Positions 30,870 to 45,764 of a stretch of 64,000 nt of DNA are shown here, piece by piece (position 1 is the first letter of the stretch; the number at the start of each line of letters is the position of its first letter). The stretch comes from the human T2T-CHM13v2.0 reference genome, Homo sapiens. The notes under the pieces were generated by a model. The model did not search any database, had not been told where the DNA came from, and worked only from the letters and a program-made list of their open reading frames with translations. A program made the position numbers and the translations under genes. Where the stretch lies: the NCBI RefSeq assembly GCF_009914755.1, contig NC_060947.1, one strand, 5' to 3'.

Positions 30870-31315
30870 ATATGCTTTTATTGTGGTAAAATATACACAA
30901 CTTAAAATTTACCATTTTAACCATGTTTAAGTGTATGGTTCAATGGCATTAAGTACACTCAAATTGTTGTGCAACCATCACTACTGTTCATCTCCAGAAC
31001 TTTTTCATCTTCCCAAACTGAAACTTTGTGCCCGTTAAATAGTAACTCCCCATTTTTTTGCTTCCCCTAGCCTCTGGCAACTGCTGTTCTACTTTCTGTC
31101 TCTATGAATTTGACTACTCTAGGTACCTCATATAAGTGGAAACGTAAAATATCAATCCTTTTCTGCCTGGCTTATTTCACTTAACATAATGTCTTCAAGG
31201 TTTGTCGATGTTGTAGCATGTATCAGAATTTACTTTCTTTTTAAGGCTGTATAATATCCCATTGTATGTATATACCATGCTTTATTTATTCATTCATCTG
31301 TCCATGGACATTTCT
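30870..31315 (-). mobile_element. L1MB 3' end
   Basis: aaaatttaccattttaacca..gttgtgcaaccatcac..ttcacttaacataatg. Confidence 0.85.
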
Positions 31316-31444
31316 TGCTCTGAAATCTACTGTGCTGATATTAATCTAACCATTCCATCTTTCTTATGATTTGTGTTTCCATACTATTTCTTTTTTCATT
31401 CTTTTACTATTAACCAATGTGTGTCTGTAAATGTGTTTCTGCAT

Positions 31445-32802
<1,358 letters not shown>

Positions 32803-34969
32803 ACTCTTCTTTTTTAGCGGGCATGCTTAGGCAATTAATGTTTGATGTAATGATTAATACAATTGGATTTAAAACTAGTATTTTGCTATTTGCTTGCAGA
32901 TGTCCCATCTTATTATTGTTCCTTTTTACCCTTTTTTCATGCCTTATTAAAAATTAATTGAGATGTGAGGAGCTAGATGTCAGCAAAATGGCAGAACAGG
33001 ACTTTCCTGCACTCATCCTCCCACAGAAACATAATCTGAACAACTATCTGGGCACAAAAATAATTTCGCAAGAGCTAAGGAAACCAGTTGGCAGATTACA
33101 GCACCTGGGTATAGAACAGAAATAAGAAAAAAACACATTGAAAAGGATAGGAAGGAAAGTTTTACATTACCCACATCACCCCTTCCTGAACCCCAGGCTG
33201 CACAGCTTGGAGGTACCATCCACTTGGGGGAAGGAGAAGGAAGTGAACACCAGACTTTTTCTTGGATCCCAACACTAGGCCCATCCCAGTAATACCCAGC
33301 ACTGGACCCGCCCCCATGGTCCCAGACTCTAGGCCAGTACCTGCAGACTGAGCCTCCAGGCCTGCTTTAGCACTAGTCTGGATCCCACAGCCCCAGGCTC
33401 CAGGCCTGCTCTAAAAACTCAGTGTCTAGGCCTGCCCCACTGCCAAACTGACCCCCTGGGCTGCAGGCTTCAGCCTCACCCGCCTCCCCCATCCCTGGTG
33501 CCAGACCTGCCCCCACATATTTAGGCTTCAGGCCTGCCCTTGGTACTTGTCAGTCATGTATTAAATGTTTTACACATATTAAATATGTAATTTAGTCCTG
33601 AAAACTCTGTGAGATACTTCAAACTATTAGCCTCATTTTATAGATGAAGCACAGAGAAGTTGCAGTATCCAAGTTTTACATTCAAGTTTATACAAAAGCT
33701 AAGTAAGTACAATTAATTCAAACTAGGATTTGTCCAATGCCATTCTTCTTACTAATATGCAAAGTCTTCAACACCCGAATCCTTCAGCCATTTTATAACT
33801 CTGAGTCTAACCATCTGCATGAAAAGCTGTTCACAGAGGATTCAGGAATTTTTCTCCCCACAAACGAATTTTTTGCCTCTATCACAACTAGTCATTCCTT
33901 AATAACTGTGACAATGATGCTCTACTGTTTTTAAGACTTTTTTCTGACCACTGAACTTTTTTCTGGAGTCATTTATATCAAACTGATTAGTGGTAACTTT
34001 ATATTCATAATGAGCTGCAATCTTCCTAAAAACAACTTATGAGAAGTTTACACATCTCCCTTTCTATTGCATATATTTCAAGCTAACAAATCAAGAGCAA
34101 ATCTACTTAGACAAGTACCCAAATCCTTAGCAACAAAAAGTTTAGTGTGTTGGGTGGCTAAATGTGACTAATTTTTGTTAGTACTACAAGTAGCTTTCAA
34201 TACATCAGTATGGCTAAATAAGGTCATGGAAAACATAAATAGGATGGAGATGTCTAGGGAAAATGAAAAACTATTCTTTTCTGAATGAGAGTGTTGAAAA
34301 AAGTTGGGATATTAGGGGTACAGTATTGAAGAAAAAAGGGTTATGTGTATGGTATAAACTGGAAGAAAGAGGGCATGATACTGAGCTCAAACTAGTTAAA
34401 ATTTGTGACTTACAGTTGCGATCTGGAAATCTAAGGGCAAGGTGCTGTAGGATTATGGTCTCAGTGACTCACCTAATGGAAGGACCTCACATGCCCGGGA
34501 GCCCCTCAAAAGAGTAGGTTCCAACTGACCTGTACATCTTAAACTTCAAAAAATATGTCTGCCTAAAGGGTCTATATTTATATTATGACTTCAGCAGCAG
34601 AAACAGGTGGCTGGCCTTTTTATCCTCCTATCTGGAATCTTTTTCCAAATGTACATATCTTTATCATATTTCTGATTATTAAAAGTATATAATAAGTTTA
34701 TGGAAAAATTGGAAAAGAATAAGAAATTATCAAAACAAAAGTAAGAAGCACAATCCAAATCATTACCTCCTTTCCTAATTCACCCCATTCCCTCCAATCT
34801 GGTTTCAAGGATTGGACTCCAAGGGAAATGATGGCTATTAGTGGCTGAGAGGCGATTGGATGGAGGAGACTGCCACTTTTCTTTTCTTGTAGCTTAGAAA
34901 AGGATAAGTAATCCTCCCTCTCAGCACAACCACAAAAAAAGTAACAATGGTTAATATAACTTTGGGAAA

Positions 34970-35210
34970 ATGCAGCCCCTCCCTGGTAATCAGAGAAAGG
35001 CAAATTCTGACCACAGGGAGAAGGCGCCACTTTTGACCTCTGGAATTAGCAAAGACAAAAATGAGTGACAGGGCCTGGTGTGGTGTGGGGTGGGAGGTTG
35101 GTAAGCCGGTCCACTTCTGCAGCGCTGCTGGTGGGAGGGGAAAGTGGGGACCAGAGATGGGGGATGACATAATCCTCACGTGATCAGGAGCTGACGTGAA
35201 CCGAAGTCCT
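34970..35210 (+). promoter_or_regulatory. TCEAL7 promoter (E-box TCACGTGA 35176-35183, CRE-like TGACGT 35192-35197)
   Basis: Motifs visible directly; the block aligns with the TCEAL9 upstream region 61285-61510. Confidence 0.75.
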
Positions 35211-35304
35211 TATATTCCCGGGCTTCTTTCTCCTCTGGGTACCAGCTCCTTACTGCCCTGCAGACAAGCGTGCCGTGCGTGCTTGTGGCCAAGGGAAGGA
35301 AGAG
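35200..35304 (+). other. TCEAL7: TCEAL7 non-coding exon 1 (start approximate)
   Basis: Donor GAG|gtaaat at 35304/35305; similar to TCEAL9 exon 1 (tctgggtaccagctcctt vs tctggataccagcttcctt). Confidence 0.65.
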
Positions 35305-35976
35305 GTAAATTCCTTAAATCCCAGCAGGTTGGAGTGAAGGAACCACTGGACCCCCGGGGTCAGTAGTGGGTGAATCTAATGACTGGAATAGGTCCAGACT
35401 TGCTTTCCCAAAACCGCTGCAAAATCGTCGGAGATAATTGTATCTTTTGCAGGGGGAAGCAAGGGGGTAGGTCGAAATCTTTTGAGAGACACCTAGAGAT
35501 TTAGTGACAGCTTTGAAATAATCGGCTTCTCTCACCCTGGCATGCTTTCTTTTTATCCTTCTCCTCATCTTTCTCCAATTTTGTTAAGAGAAAATTTTAG
35601 GCCTGGGGTATGTGTTGGTGTGTGGAGAAAGGCTGAAATCCCGGGATGGAGACAACAGAAATTTAGAGATCATTTGAAAATAGTTCACCTCACTCAATGC
35701 CGGCCTGTGGTGGTGGGGTGGGGCGCGGGACGGGGCGAAGGAGGGAGACGCGGGCCTTGCAAGGCCCAGGCCTGAGGGTGAGGAGTGGGGAGTGGAAACG
35801 GAAATCCTGAAGGAAAGGATACAGACAGGAAGGAGGGGCCAGGAGGTAGAAATCCGGGGGGCGATGACGGTGATGATGAGAATCCCAGGTTCAAAATAAT
35901 AACGTCTGTCTTGTCTCTGGAGCTGGTTGATCCACAGATAGCTCCTTCCTCCCCGCCCCTTCCTTTTTGTTTGCAG

Positions 35977-36040
35977 GTCCCAGGATCTGTGTTCACAGAC
36001 ATCTGGGGGAAGAAAAGGAGCAGGAAACTACCCCGCACAG
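35977..36040 (+). other. TCEAL7: TCEAL7 non-coding exon 2
   Basis: Acceptor tttttgtttgcag| and donor CAG|gtcagt. Confidence 0.7.
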
Positions 36041-36403
36041 GTCAGTATGAGAGAGGCACTTAGACTGAGATCTCTGAGGATAGGAGTCGGGAAGGGGCAA
36101 AAGCTAGGCGAAATTTGCGGCTTCGCAGTCCATCTCCTTTTCTGCTCCGCCTCTCCTGCCTATTGGAGAGGCCATTAGCTTTGTCTGCTGGGGAAACGGT
36201 GGGTTCCTGAGGTGGGAGGGGAGAAAAGGGGGAGATGAGAGGGTGGAGGGAACTGCCGCAGACTTATGAGGTCTGGACCTGTGGGGCAGAGATGGGAAAG
36301 TATCTTGCCTCAGAGAGAAACTGACAATCGTGATTCAAAAGTAATGAAGCAATTTGTCTTTACATTTTCTCCCTAGAGTTAAGCAGGAAACAACAACAAC
36401 ATC

Positions 36404-36706
36404 ATGCAAAAACCCTGCAAAGAAAACGAAGGAAAGCCAAAGTGCAGCGTGCCAAAGAGGGAGGAAAAACGCCCGTATGGAGAATTTGAACGCCAGCAAA
36501 CAGAAGGGAATTTTAGACAGAGGCTGCTTCAGTCTCTCGAAGAATTTAAAGAGGACATAGACTATAGGCATTTTAAAGATGAAGAAATGACAAGGGAGGG
36601 AGATGAGATGGAAAGGTGTTTGGAAGAGATAAGGGGTCTGAGAAAGAAATTTAGGGCTCTGCATTCTAACCATAGGCATTCTCGGGACCGTCCTTATCCC
36701 ATTTAA
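36404..36706 (+). CDS. TCEAL7: Transcription elongation factor A-like 7 (100 aa)
   Basis: ORF MQKPCKENEGKPKCSVPKREE...RHSRDRPYPI with the BEX/TCEAL C-terminal domain. Acceptor ttttctccctag| at 36376; good Kozak context (ATCATGC). Confidence 0.96.
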   Translation: MQKPCKENEGKPKCSVPKREEKRPYGEFERQQTEGNFRQRLLQSLEEFKEDIDYRHFKDEEMTREGDEMERCLEEIRGLRKKFRALHSNHRHSRDRPYPI

Positions 36707-37227
36707 TTAATTTCTCTGACAATTCAATTATTTTCTGTTATTAATGTTGCCACTGCTTTCTGTTTGTCTGCACTTTCTTGATAAATATTTGCTATCGTTT
36801 TACTCCAGTCATTCGATGTTGCTGAGATTTACATATGACTCTTGTCAACATCTCATCTTTTGACCCAATCTTATTCATTTAATAAGAGGTCTCATTCATT
36901 TGCATGGAAAAATGCTCATTGTATATTGCAAAGTGAAAATAACGAGTTGCAAAACAGTGTATACATATATGTGTGTATATATGTACACTTTATTTGTACA
37001 TTTCTATGTGACATAATGCAAAGGAAAGTGTCTGATTTTATTATACACCAAAGGTTAACAGTGAATCTCTGTGTGATCTCTTTTTTTTTCTTTTTGCCTA
37101 TCTGCATCTTCTCACTTGCCAAAAAATGAATATATGTTTATGTGTGTATATTACTTGTGTCACAAAAAACCCTAAAGTAGACAGTAAAAGAACTTGTCAA
37201 TCGCCTTTGGAAGGCAATGAAACACTT

Positions 37228-37233
37228 AATAAA
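37228..37233 (+). terminator. TCEAL7 polyadenylation signal AATAAA (second copy 37302-37307)
   Basis: Motif about 520 nt after the stop codon. Confidence 0.65.
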
Positions 37234-38168
37234 CTCTCAATAACAGAAGCGTAAAAATGAAATGTAAACCTCCAATTACCTCTGGATCTCTTAGCCAGAG
37301 TAATAAACTGGTAATTATTACAGATACACACGTTTAAGACTCAGTCTTTTCATAGGGAAAATATTTGCCTCACAGGGCTGCTGTGGGAAGGAAATGAGGC
37401 AGTAACCAGCTGTGCTCAGTGGGATCTTGTTCCCCACTGTGCATACAGAATCCCAACCCACTATAGAATACACCAATAACTTCAGAGAGGGCCTGGCATG
37501 ATTCAACTTGTACTCCGGAACAAGTCCAGTAGGCAGAGGTGGGGGCTTCCCTATCAGTCCTCTGTTATTGAGCCCTGTCTCCTCCCCTGGGTCCTGCCAC
37601 ACCTGCCCAACACTGCTGCCTCTTCTGCTGGGCCCTGTGCTCTCTGCTGGCCCCACTGCTGCTGATGCACTGCAGTCATTCAGGGCCAAAACCCAACCGA
37701 ATTCCCTGGAGTCGTCAGTGGGTTGAACTCTGACTCTTGTCGTCTAAAGCTTCCTGTGCTTTATAGTGACATTTAACACAGGTGGGACTTCTCTAGGGTT
37801 GCTTGGGCCACAATGTCTTTCAGAGCCCTTAGTAAAACAGCCCCATCTGTTTTCAATCACAAGACCCTTCCTCTCCATAGGAGTCAGATGTGATGAGTCC
37901 ACTTGGGATTTGGACTAGGGTATAAATTTAAGTCAAAGGCATCATGCTGTATTCAGAGTTGCTGCTCTAAGTCTAAGGAATGAGGCTTTGTCCTCTTGTG
38001 AGATAATCTCTTCCTGAAGGCTCCTGGCAGGCCTGACTTAGTGTGTTCAGAATAGTCTTGGGAGATGTGTAAATTGCACAATGTGATATAGGAAACAAAT
38101 CTAAAACCAAATCCCTGCTTTTCATTTTTTCTCCCTGGAAACATGCAAAAATGCTTCATAAGACTAAG

Positions 38169-38169
<1 letters not shown>

Positions 38170-38207
<38 letters not shown>

Positions 38208-38540
38208 CATGCACATAAATGTGTATGTGCATATACATATATAAATATATATGTGCATATACATATATAAATATATATGCTATGTAAGACATGTATACTA
38301 ATACATATATATTAAGCTTAATATATATGCTTTGTAAGACTAATATATAAGCATATATATAGTCTTAATATATATTAGTATATATAATATATAAATGTCT
38401 ATATTACATATTATATGTAAGTATATATAATATATAAATGTCTACATTACATATATAAGTATATATATTAATATGTAGTCTTAATATACATTAGTATATA
38501 TATATTAGTCTTACAAAGCATATATATGTAAATGTATAGA
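38170..38540. repeat. (TG)n plus AT-rich palindromic repeat
   Basis: Direct reading; see findings. Confidence 0.9.
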
Positions 38541-38911
38541 AATGTAAGCATTATTTCTAAACAGGATTTTTTACATTTTGCATCTCAAAGTAAAGACGAC
38601 ATCATATCTTTTATTATACTTCTATTAATCTATTAATCTTATTAACATACAGTGGGCATTTAATAAATTAACATACAGTGGGTATTTAATAAATGTGTAC
38701 TTAGAATTATAGTGCCCAGTTTTACTTCTGATTACATTAAGTTGGTAATAACTCCTCTAGAAACTATATTTTTAAAAGGAGCCCAGTAAGAAAGGGATTA
38801 TTCCCCAAATTCAGCCTATAAAATTATTCAAATGTTAAATAGCTGGCCCCTCTCAAAAAGTCATCTCCTTACATTATAATCATCTGGAGTGCTTCTAAAA
38901 TGCAAATTTCT

Positions 38912-39078
38912 AGCCAGGCATGCTGGTGCACACCTGTAGTCCCAGCTACTGGGGAGGCTGAGGCAGAAGGATCACTTGAGCCCAGGAGTTTGAGGCTGTA
39001 GTGTGCGATGATCATGCCTGTGAATAGCCACTGCATGTCAGCCTGGGCAACATAGCAACACCTCATCTTTTAAACAAA
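38912..39078 (+). mobile_element. FAM (fossil Alu monomer, 7SL-derived)
   Basis: Monomer containing gcctgtgaatagccactgca. Confidence 0.8.
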
Positions 39079-41039
39079 AATGTAAAATTCTAACACATAT
39101 CTCTCCATATACACACATACACGTGCAAACACACTGAGATAAAATCTCTGTGCATTTGGCCCTGGAATCTTCATTTTGGGATTCCCATGAAATCATGGTC
39201 TCCACTACTTCCTGATAAACATCATAGACTTTGTTTCATCTGGGCTGTACAGAGGGAGTCTTCTTATAATCAAAGACCGTACTGGTTAATAGTTGATAAT
39301 TAGGGGCTCCTAAAAAGTAAAATGGGGGTATCATACCATAAAAATTCTGCAGAGGACATAAGTAGGGTACCCATATAAATAGGATACCCAAATAAATCTA
39401 TTTGGAGAATAAACATTATTTAGCTTTCCTAGGAGGCAATAAGACAATTCTAAAAAGAAACAATAAAAATGACAAGATATTACTACCAAATAGGCAAACA
39501 AATGTTTACTTATGATAATTTTATTGCAGATGTAGGCATTTTCATACTGAATGAGAGAGTAAATAATGGCATCCATTTTTGTGCTTCTATTCACAATAAG
39601 TTGAAATGCTGTCTATTTTTCATATTCTAGGACCTAACTTCTATTGCTTTGAATTTGTCCTAAGAAAGTAATCATAGTTATGAGCAAATGTATAGCTATA
39701 TGCATATTTGCTTAAGGCTTTTGTGTATTTGCAAAAAAAATTAACCTAAGAATTGAGCGTTATGGACTATTCAATCAAAAGAAAAATGAACATAGATTCC
39801 TACTCCCCGCATACACAAAAATGTATCCAAAGTGGATTAAATAAAAAAGTCTGAGAAACAAAAATGAAATAGCACAATAAAAATCAAGAAAACAATTTTT
39901 ATAATCTCGTGATAGTGATTATCTTCTTAAGCAAAAAGAAACCCGAAGGTTATAAAGGAAAAAATATAAAAGGTACAAGGAGAAGAAATAGGCTGAGAAG
40001 AAATATTTGTAATACCACGACAGATAATGGGAAAATATCCCTAATATCCCAATAGCTTTTAGAAATGGAAAAGAAAAAGATAAACCAGTAAAATATGTGC
40101 AAACTATACAACCTAGCACTTCCATTACATTGAATTACTGTAGAGATATATTTACAGATATGCACGGGAAAGCAAAAATGATGTTTACTGTGGCATTGTT
40201 TGTAAGAGCCAAAATATTAAAAACAGACTAAGGTATCAATCGGAAAATAGTCAAACTGTGGTTCATCCATACCAAGAAAAACTACACAATAGTTAAAAAG
40301 AATGACATTCGTATATTGAAGCATCTCCAGGAATATTGCTGAATAAAGGCAATAAGACAGTTGATTCTCTATGATAGCCTTTAGTGAAAATGCAAAACAG
40401 AGATATATAAATTTCTGAATGGATATCCATCAAACTGGTTAAGTATTTAATTGTAAAGAAGAGATCCAAACTGGAAGTGTGTTTAAATCAGTATATTAGG
40501 ATGGACTAGACTATGCTTAGTTAATTTTTTAAAAATGCAATCTGTATTTTAAAAACAGTTGATTATTCTTTCATGTCATAATTTCAGTGAGGGTTATTGT
40601 CTCTCATGCATGGCTCTGCTCTATTGCTTTTTTGGGTATCTAACCTGCATTTGTCCTGTAGTCTGGTATTCCAGATGGCATACATGGTTTCCAAAGTTAC
40701 CAGAAGGATAGCAGAAGGATCACCTGGGGTTGTTTATAAGCCTTAGAAGTGTCTTATGTTACATTCTATAGCTGCAACATATGTGCAAGGGAGGCTAGGA
40801 AATGTAAAAGAACACATACTTTTTGACCAAGCAACCTTACTTTCAGGCATCTCATCTATAAAAAGAAAAGTATGTGTACAAGCATGTTCATTGCAGGCAG
40901 CATTGCTTTTAGTGGAAAAACATACAAATAATTTCATGTTAATTAATGGGGAATTGATTGAATAATTTAAGGTACATTTATATCATAGAAGGTAGATTCA
41001 TTTGCATATGTATTTACTGACCTCTGCCAAGTCTTACAA

Positions 41040-41822
41040 GACTTCCAAGCTGAAATAAAGGGATACAAGATATGTAAGCCAAAGTCATATGAGAAAATAA
41101 AGAACAACAGTAAGGTAGCTACACAGGAAAATATAAAAGCAAGTAGTATGGCATATATGGCTTATAACTCCTCTTTTTTTCCTATATGATTTAAAAGACA
41201 AATGCATAAAACAATAATTATAAAACTATGTTAATATGCACACTTGGTAAAAATATATTATTTGTAACAATAACAACATAAAGGGGGGATGGAGCTATAA
41301 AAAATAGAGTTCTTGTGTTGAAAATAAATTGGTATTGTTATATAAAAGAAAAATGTGCTACGAAGATGTTAATTGTGTTCCCCAGAGGAACCAATAAAGA
41401 AAAAAACTTAAAAATATGCAAAAAAGAAATAACAGAATCAAACAAGTACACAAGAAAAAAATTCAATTAACCACAGAAAAGTGCAGTAATGGGGAATTGA
41501 ACCAAAAAGGTGCAGATACATAGAAAACAAATAGCAAAAAGGCAGAAGTAAATCCTTCCCTGTCAATAATTACTTTAAGTGTAAATGAATTAATGTTTTA
41601 AAAGTACCCAGGATTTGTTTTAATCAAATATGGTAAGATATACTGACACAAAAATGACTGTCATGAAGAAAGACTTTTTATAATCACAGATACCTAGAAA
41701 CAGAAAGTATACCATAACACACAGGGCCACATGAGGAAGCACCAGAGTCAGTCATGGGCAGAGCAAGTGAAGAAAAAAAAAAATGAGGGCAAGAGGCTTT
41801 ATTGTTTTTTTGTTTTGTTTTG

Positions 41823-41868
<46 letters not shown>

Positions 41869-44420
41869 GAAACAAGTGTGGCAGCATAGGTAGGTTTGGA
41901 ATTGGCTAATTCGAACCATTTCAATGGCTCAGGGATAAAAGGCTGTTTCTAGCTGTCTGTTACCTGGCCCTATTGTGATTAGTGCTGATAATTAGTGTGA
42001 TATTAGTGAGAGCCTGATAAAGGAGATATTTGGTGGTATGGGTTCTGGATTGGTTGGTTTGCAAATGAAAGGGGTGCTCACAGCTGAGTTGTTTGCTATA
42101 GCTAGGAATTAGCTAACCCTGGGAGGAGCAGTCCCTTTAGGGTCAACAAGTCCCAGATATCACAGTTATCAAATACAGAAACTAGAAAACGTGGTTATTA
42201 GAACTAAACTCTCCAATTAGAAGGCAGATAGGCAGAACAGAATTTGAAAAAGCATGATCCAACTCTACACTGTCTAAAACCGACTCTTTTTAGATTCAAA
42301 GACCAAATTGTTTGACAGTGAAAGAATGAGAAAAGATATTCCATGTAAATAAAAACCAAAAGAGAGCTGAAGTGGCTATGCTAATACCAGGCAAAATGGA
42401 CTTTAAATAAAAATTGTTATAGAGATAAAGAAGAACATTATACATTGATAAAGTGTCAATCCATCAAGAGGATATTATAATTTTAAGCATATATGCGCCT
42501 AATAACAGAGCCCCAAATTACACGAAACAAAAACTGACAAATTGAAAGGAGAAATGGATGGTTATACAATAATAGTCGGAAATTTCAATATCTTATTCTC
42601 TTTTTTATGCTTTTTTTCTTGCTTCAAGTGGGGTTAGATTAATATCCTATTCTCAACAACAGAACAACTAGATAGACATTCAATAAGGAAATAGAGGACT
42701 TGAACAACACTATAAACCAACTAGTCCTAACAGGCATATGTAAAACGTCCCACCTAATGACAGAAAAATACACATTCTTCTTAAGGGCAGATGGAACATT
42801 ATCTAGGATATGGACCATATTGAAGCCACAAAACAAAATTCAATAAATTTAAACACAATAAAATCACACAAGGCATTTTCTCCAACCAAAATGGAATGAA
42901 ACATGAAGTCAATAACAGACAGAAAACTGGAATTCCACATATGTGAATGGCTCAAAGAAGAAATTGTAAGAGTAGAAAATACTCTGAGATGACGTAAAAT
43001 TGAAACACAACTTATCAAAACTTATAGGATGTAGCAAAGGCAATGCTCAGAGGGAAATTTATAGCTTTAAACACTTACATTTAAAAAGCATAAAGATTCC
43101 AAGTCAGCAACCTAACTTTACATCTAAACGAACTACAAAAAGGGGGAAGCTACATATACAGCTATCAGAAGGAAAGAAATAGTAGAAATTAGAACAAAGA
43201 TAAATAAAATAGAGGGAGTGTCATCAGCAAGATGGCATTATAGAAAGCTCTCCTAACTTGCCAACAAATACACTGTTTCAGCAACAATTCACAAATTTCC
43301 TTTGTGATAAATCAGAAGCTAATTGAAATGCTCCTGCACTCTGAGAGAATGCAAAACCAGACTCACATAAGTTGATAGGGAGATTTGGGACACCCTCTTT
43401 TAGATACCCTGCCCCCAGCTCAGTGTCATACAGTCAGAAGGAAACCCCCTAACTTCCAGCTTCATCCAGGGGATAAAAAGGGTTGGTTCACATGTCTAGT
43501 ACCCCTACTTTACCAAGGGGTTCTCCAGAGGACTGGCTCCTGTCTTGCCAGTCTTGGAGCTCTGATTGCTTCAGCATAGTCTAGACACCCAGGAAAGAAC
43601 AGAGGTGGTGGTTTGGGCTGGTGATTCCATTGATTCTCACCCCTGCTAAGCACAAAACTAGCAGATGAAAACTTCCAGTTTTCAGCTTTCCCCTAGGGAG
43701 GGAAACAGGCGACCAGCACATCCAGCACCCCCAATTTCTCTGAAGCTGACCAAAGAAATAGCATTGTATTGCTAGGCCTGGAGCTCTGACAGGTCCAGCA
43801 CAGTCCAGATGCCCAAAGGAGAATGAAACAGCAGCTTGGACTGAGAGACACCATTGATCCTCCCCCAATCCCACGGCTCAGCACAGAGTGAGAGAACAAA
43901 AACTACCGTTGTCTGTTTCCTCATGGGGAGGGAAAGAGTTAGAAGTCTCCAAAATCTCTGGCTAGGCAGATTGGTGAAGGTCTTCTCCTTCATGAGATCA
44001 GTCTGTGAAGACTGGGAGAGGTGCCTGCTTTGTCTAATGCTCAGACACCAATATAGTGAGTCAAAACAATTAGATTTTCCAGTGAAAACATATTGATAAA
44101 TCTTCATAACCTTGTATTTTTTAACGAATTCTTAGAAATGATACCAAAACCATGATAAAGTGAAAAATAGATAAGTTGAACTTTATCAGAATTTAAAACT
44201 TTAGTGCACCACAGGAAACCATCAAGAAAGTGAATAGCCAACCTACAGGTTGGAAGAAAACATTTACAAATCATGTATCTGATAAGATAGGTATATTTAT
44301 ATATTTATTTAATTTATAAATTTATATATTCTAGTATCCGGTATACATAAACAACTTCTACAACTCAACAGCAGAATACAATTTAAATATAAATAATGCA
44401 ATTTAAAAATTGGCAAAGGA
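41040..44420 (+). mobile_element. Fragmented old L1 with an LTR-like insertion at about 41600-42200
   Basis: L1 endonuclease-region motifs at 42200-43200 (aaagagagctgaagtggctatgctaata; gaaatagaggacttgaacaacactataaaccaact). Confidence 0.65.
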
Positions 44421-44424
44421 TTTT

Positions 44425-44563
44425 TTTTTCTATTTTTATTTTTTTTAGAGATGGGGTTTCGCCATGTTGCCCAGGCTAGTCTTGAACTCCTTAGCTCAAG
44501 TGATCCACCCACCTCGGCCTCCGAAAGTGCTAGAATTACAGGCGTGAGTCATCGCACCTGGCC
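44425..44563 (-). mobile_element. Alu monomer (FLAM/AluJ)
   Basis: Reverse left monomer; flanking repeat aaaattggcaaaggattttt. Confidence 0.9.
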
Positions 44564-44596
44564 CCAAAATTGGCAAAGGATTTTAATAGACATGTG

Positions 44597-44634
<38 letters not shown>

Positions 44635-45469
44635 GGTAACTTTGATGCAATCTCAAGTGGTCCACAAACATCTCCAGTTGAGAACGCCTGATCTAGGTTA
44701 ATCAATGTGGTCAGCAGGTGAGAGCTTCTTAAACACTGACCTAAGCCTGGCTGAGGGGCCCCCAGGGAGATGGACTGGCAGGCAGGAACACTGCAGCAAG
44801 GATAGGCACCTCCTAGGGCTCTAGAGATGTGGAATTCAGGGGTGAAAGGCTCAGCAGACTGTGCTCCGCAAGTCAGGTGGGATAAAGTAGACAGGGTCCA
44901 AGACAGCTTCCACTTGAGCACTGTAAATAAGGGCAGAGAACAAGTGTGCCTAGGGTTTCTGTGTTGGCTGTGGGGAGTTGGGGCAGAGAGTGCAGAAGAC
45001 CTTCCCTGGTAATTAAAGAAAAGGCAAACACCAGTCATAGAGTGGTGATACCACTTGTGGCCCCTTGGATTTAAAGATGGTTAAAAAGCCCAGTGAACTA
45101 GGGTAGGTTATATGTGAGGGGATAGTATGATACATGTTCCAGGCCAGGTGCATTCATTTTATTTTAAAAACCTGAAAACTTTTATTATGTATGTAGCCAA
45201 ACACATTTTGTACTTAGTACAAACTTGGACAATTAAGGTAATGTCATATCTCTACTGAAACAAATGATTTTCTTTAGAAAACATGTATTTTTTTCTTACC
45301 TTGAATGCTTGCTTTCACTAAATAAAAAAAGCTTTATTAATTCTTTTATTATCAGAATAAGAGAAGCTGGCAAGAAAATACTAAGACAAAAAACCTTACT
45401 TCAATTACACTCATCCCATCTCTACATCCTGCTCTGTATTAATTTCATGCATGTTCAAAGCACAGATGA

Positions 45470-45764
45470 AATGAATATCAGTGACTATGGAAAAAAGAAG
45501 TGGACTTAGGAGGTAGATGTTTGGGGAGCATAAGCAACAAAAAGAAAATTTGTCAGAGAAGATGTGTGAATGGCTGCTAACCCAAAGAAAAACTGTAGCC
45601 TCTCTTTGGTAACCAAAGAAAGGGAAATGAATGTCCCGGGGTGAAGGTGCCACTTCTGACCTCTCAGACTGCCAAAGGTAAAAATGTGTAATATGATGGG
45701 GAAGAATGAAATGAGAAGGTAGAGATGGTGTGAGTAGAAATTGGTGTCTAGAGACCACATAGCC
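45470..45764 (+). pseudogene. Orphan relic of a TCEAL-type promoter
   Basis: 45591-45690 aligns with TCEAL7 34968-35070 (gaaggtgccacttctgacctct vs gaaggcgccacttttgacctct); 45727-45759 aligns with TCEAL9 61428-61460. Confidence 0.6.

Noticed and set aside
36335-36679. 114-aa hydrophobic ORF antisense to TCEAL7
   Set aside because: Mirror of a purine-rich sense CDS, with no independent promoter or splice support.
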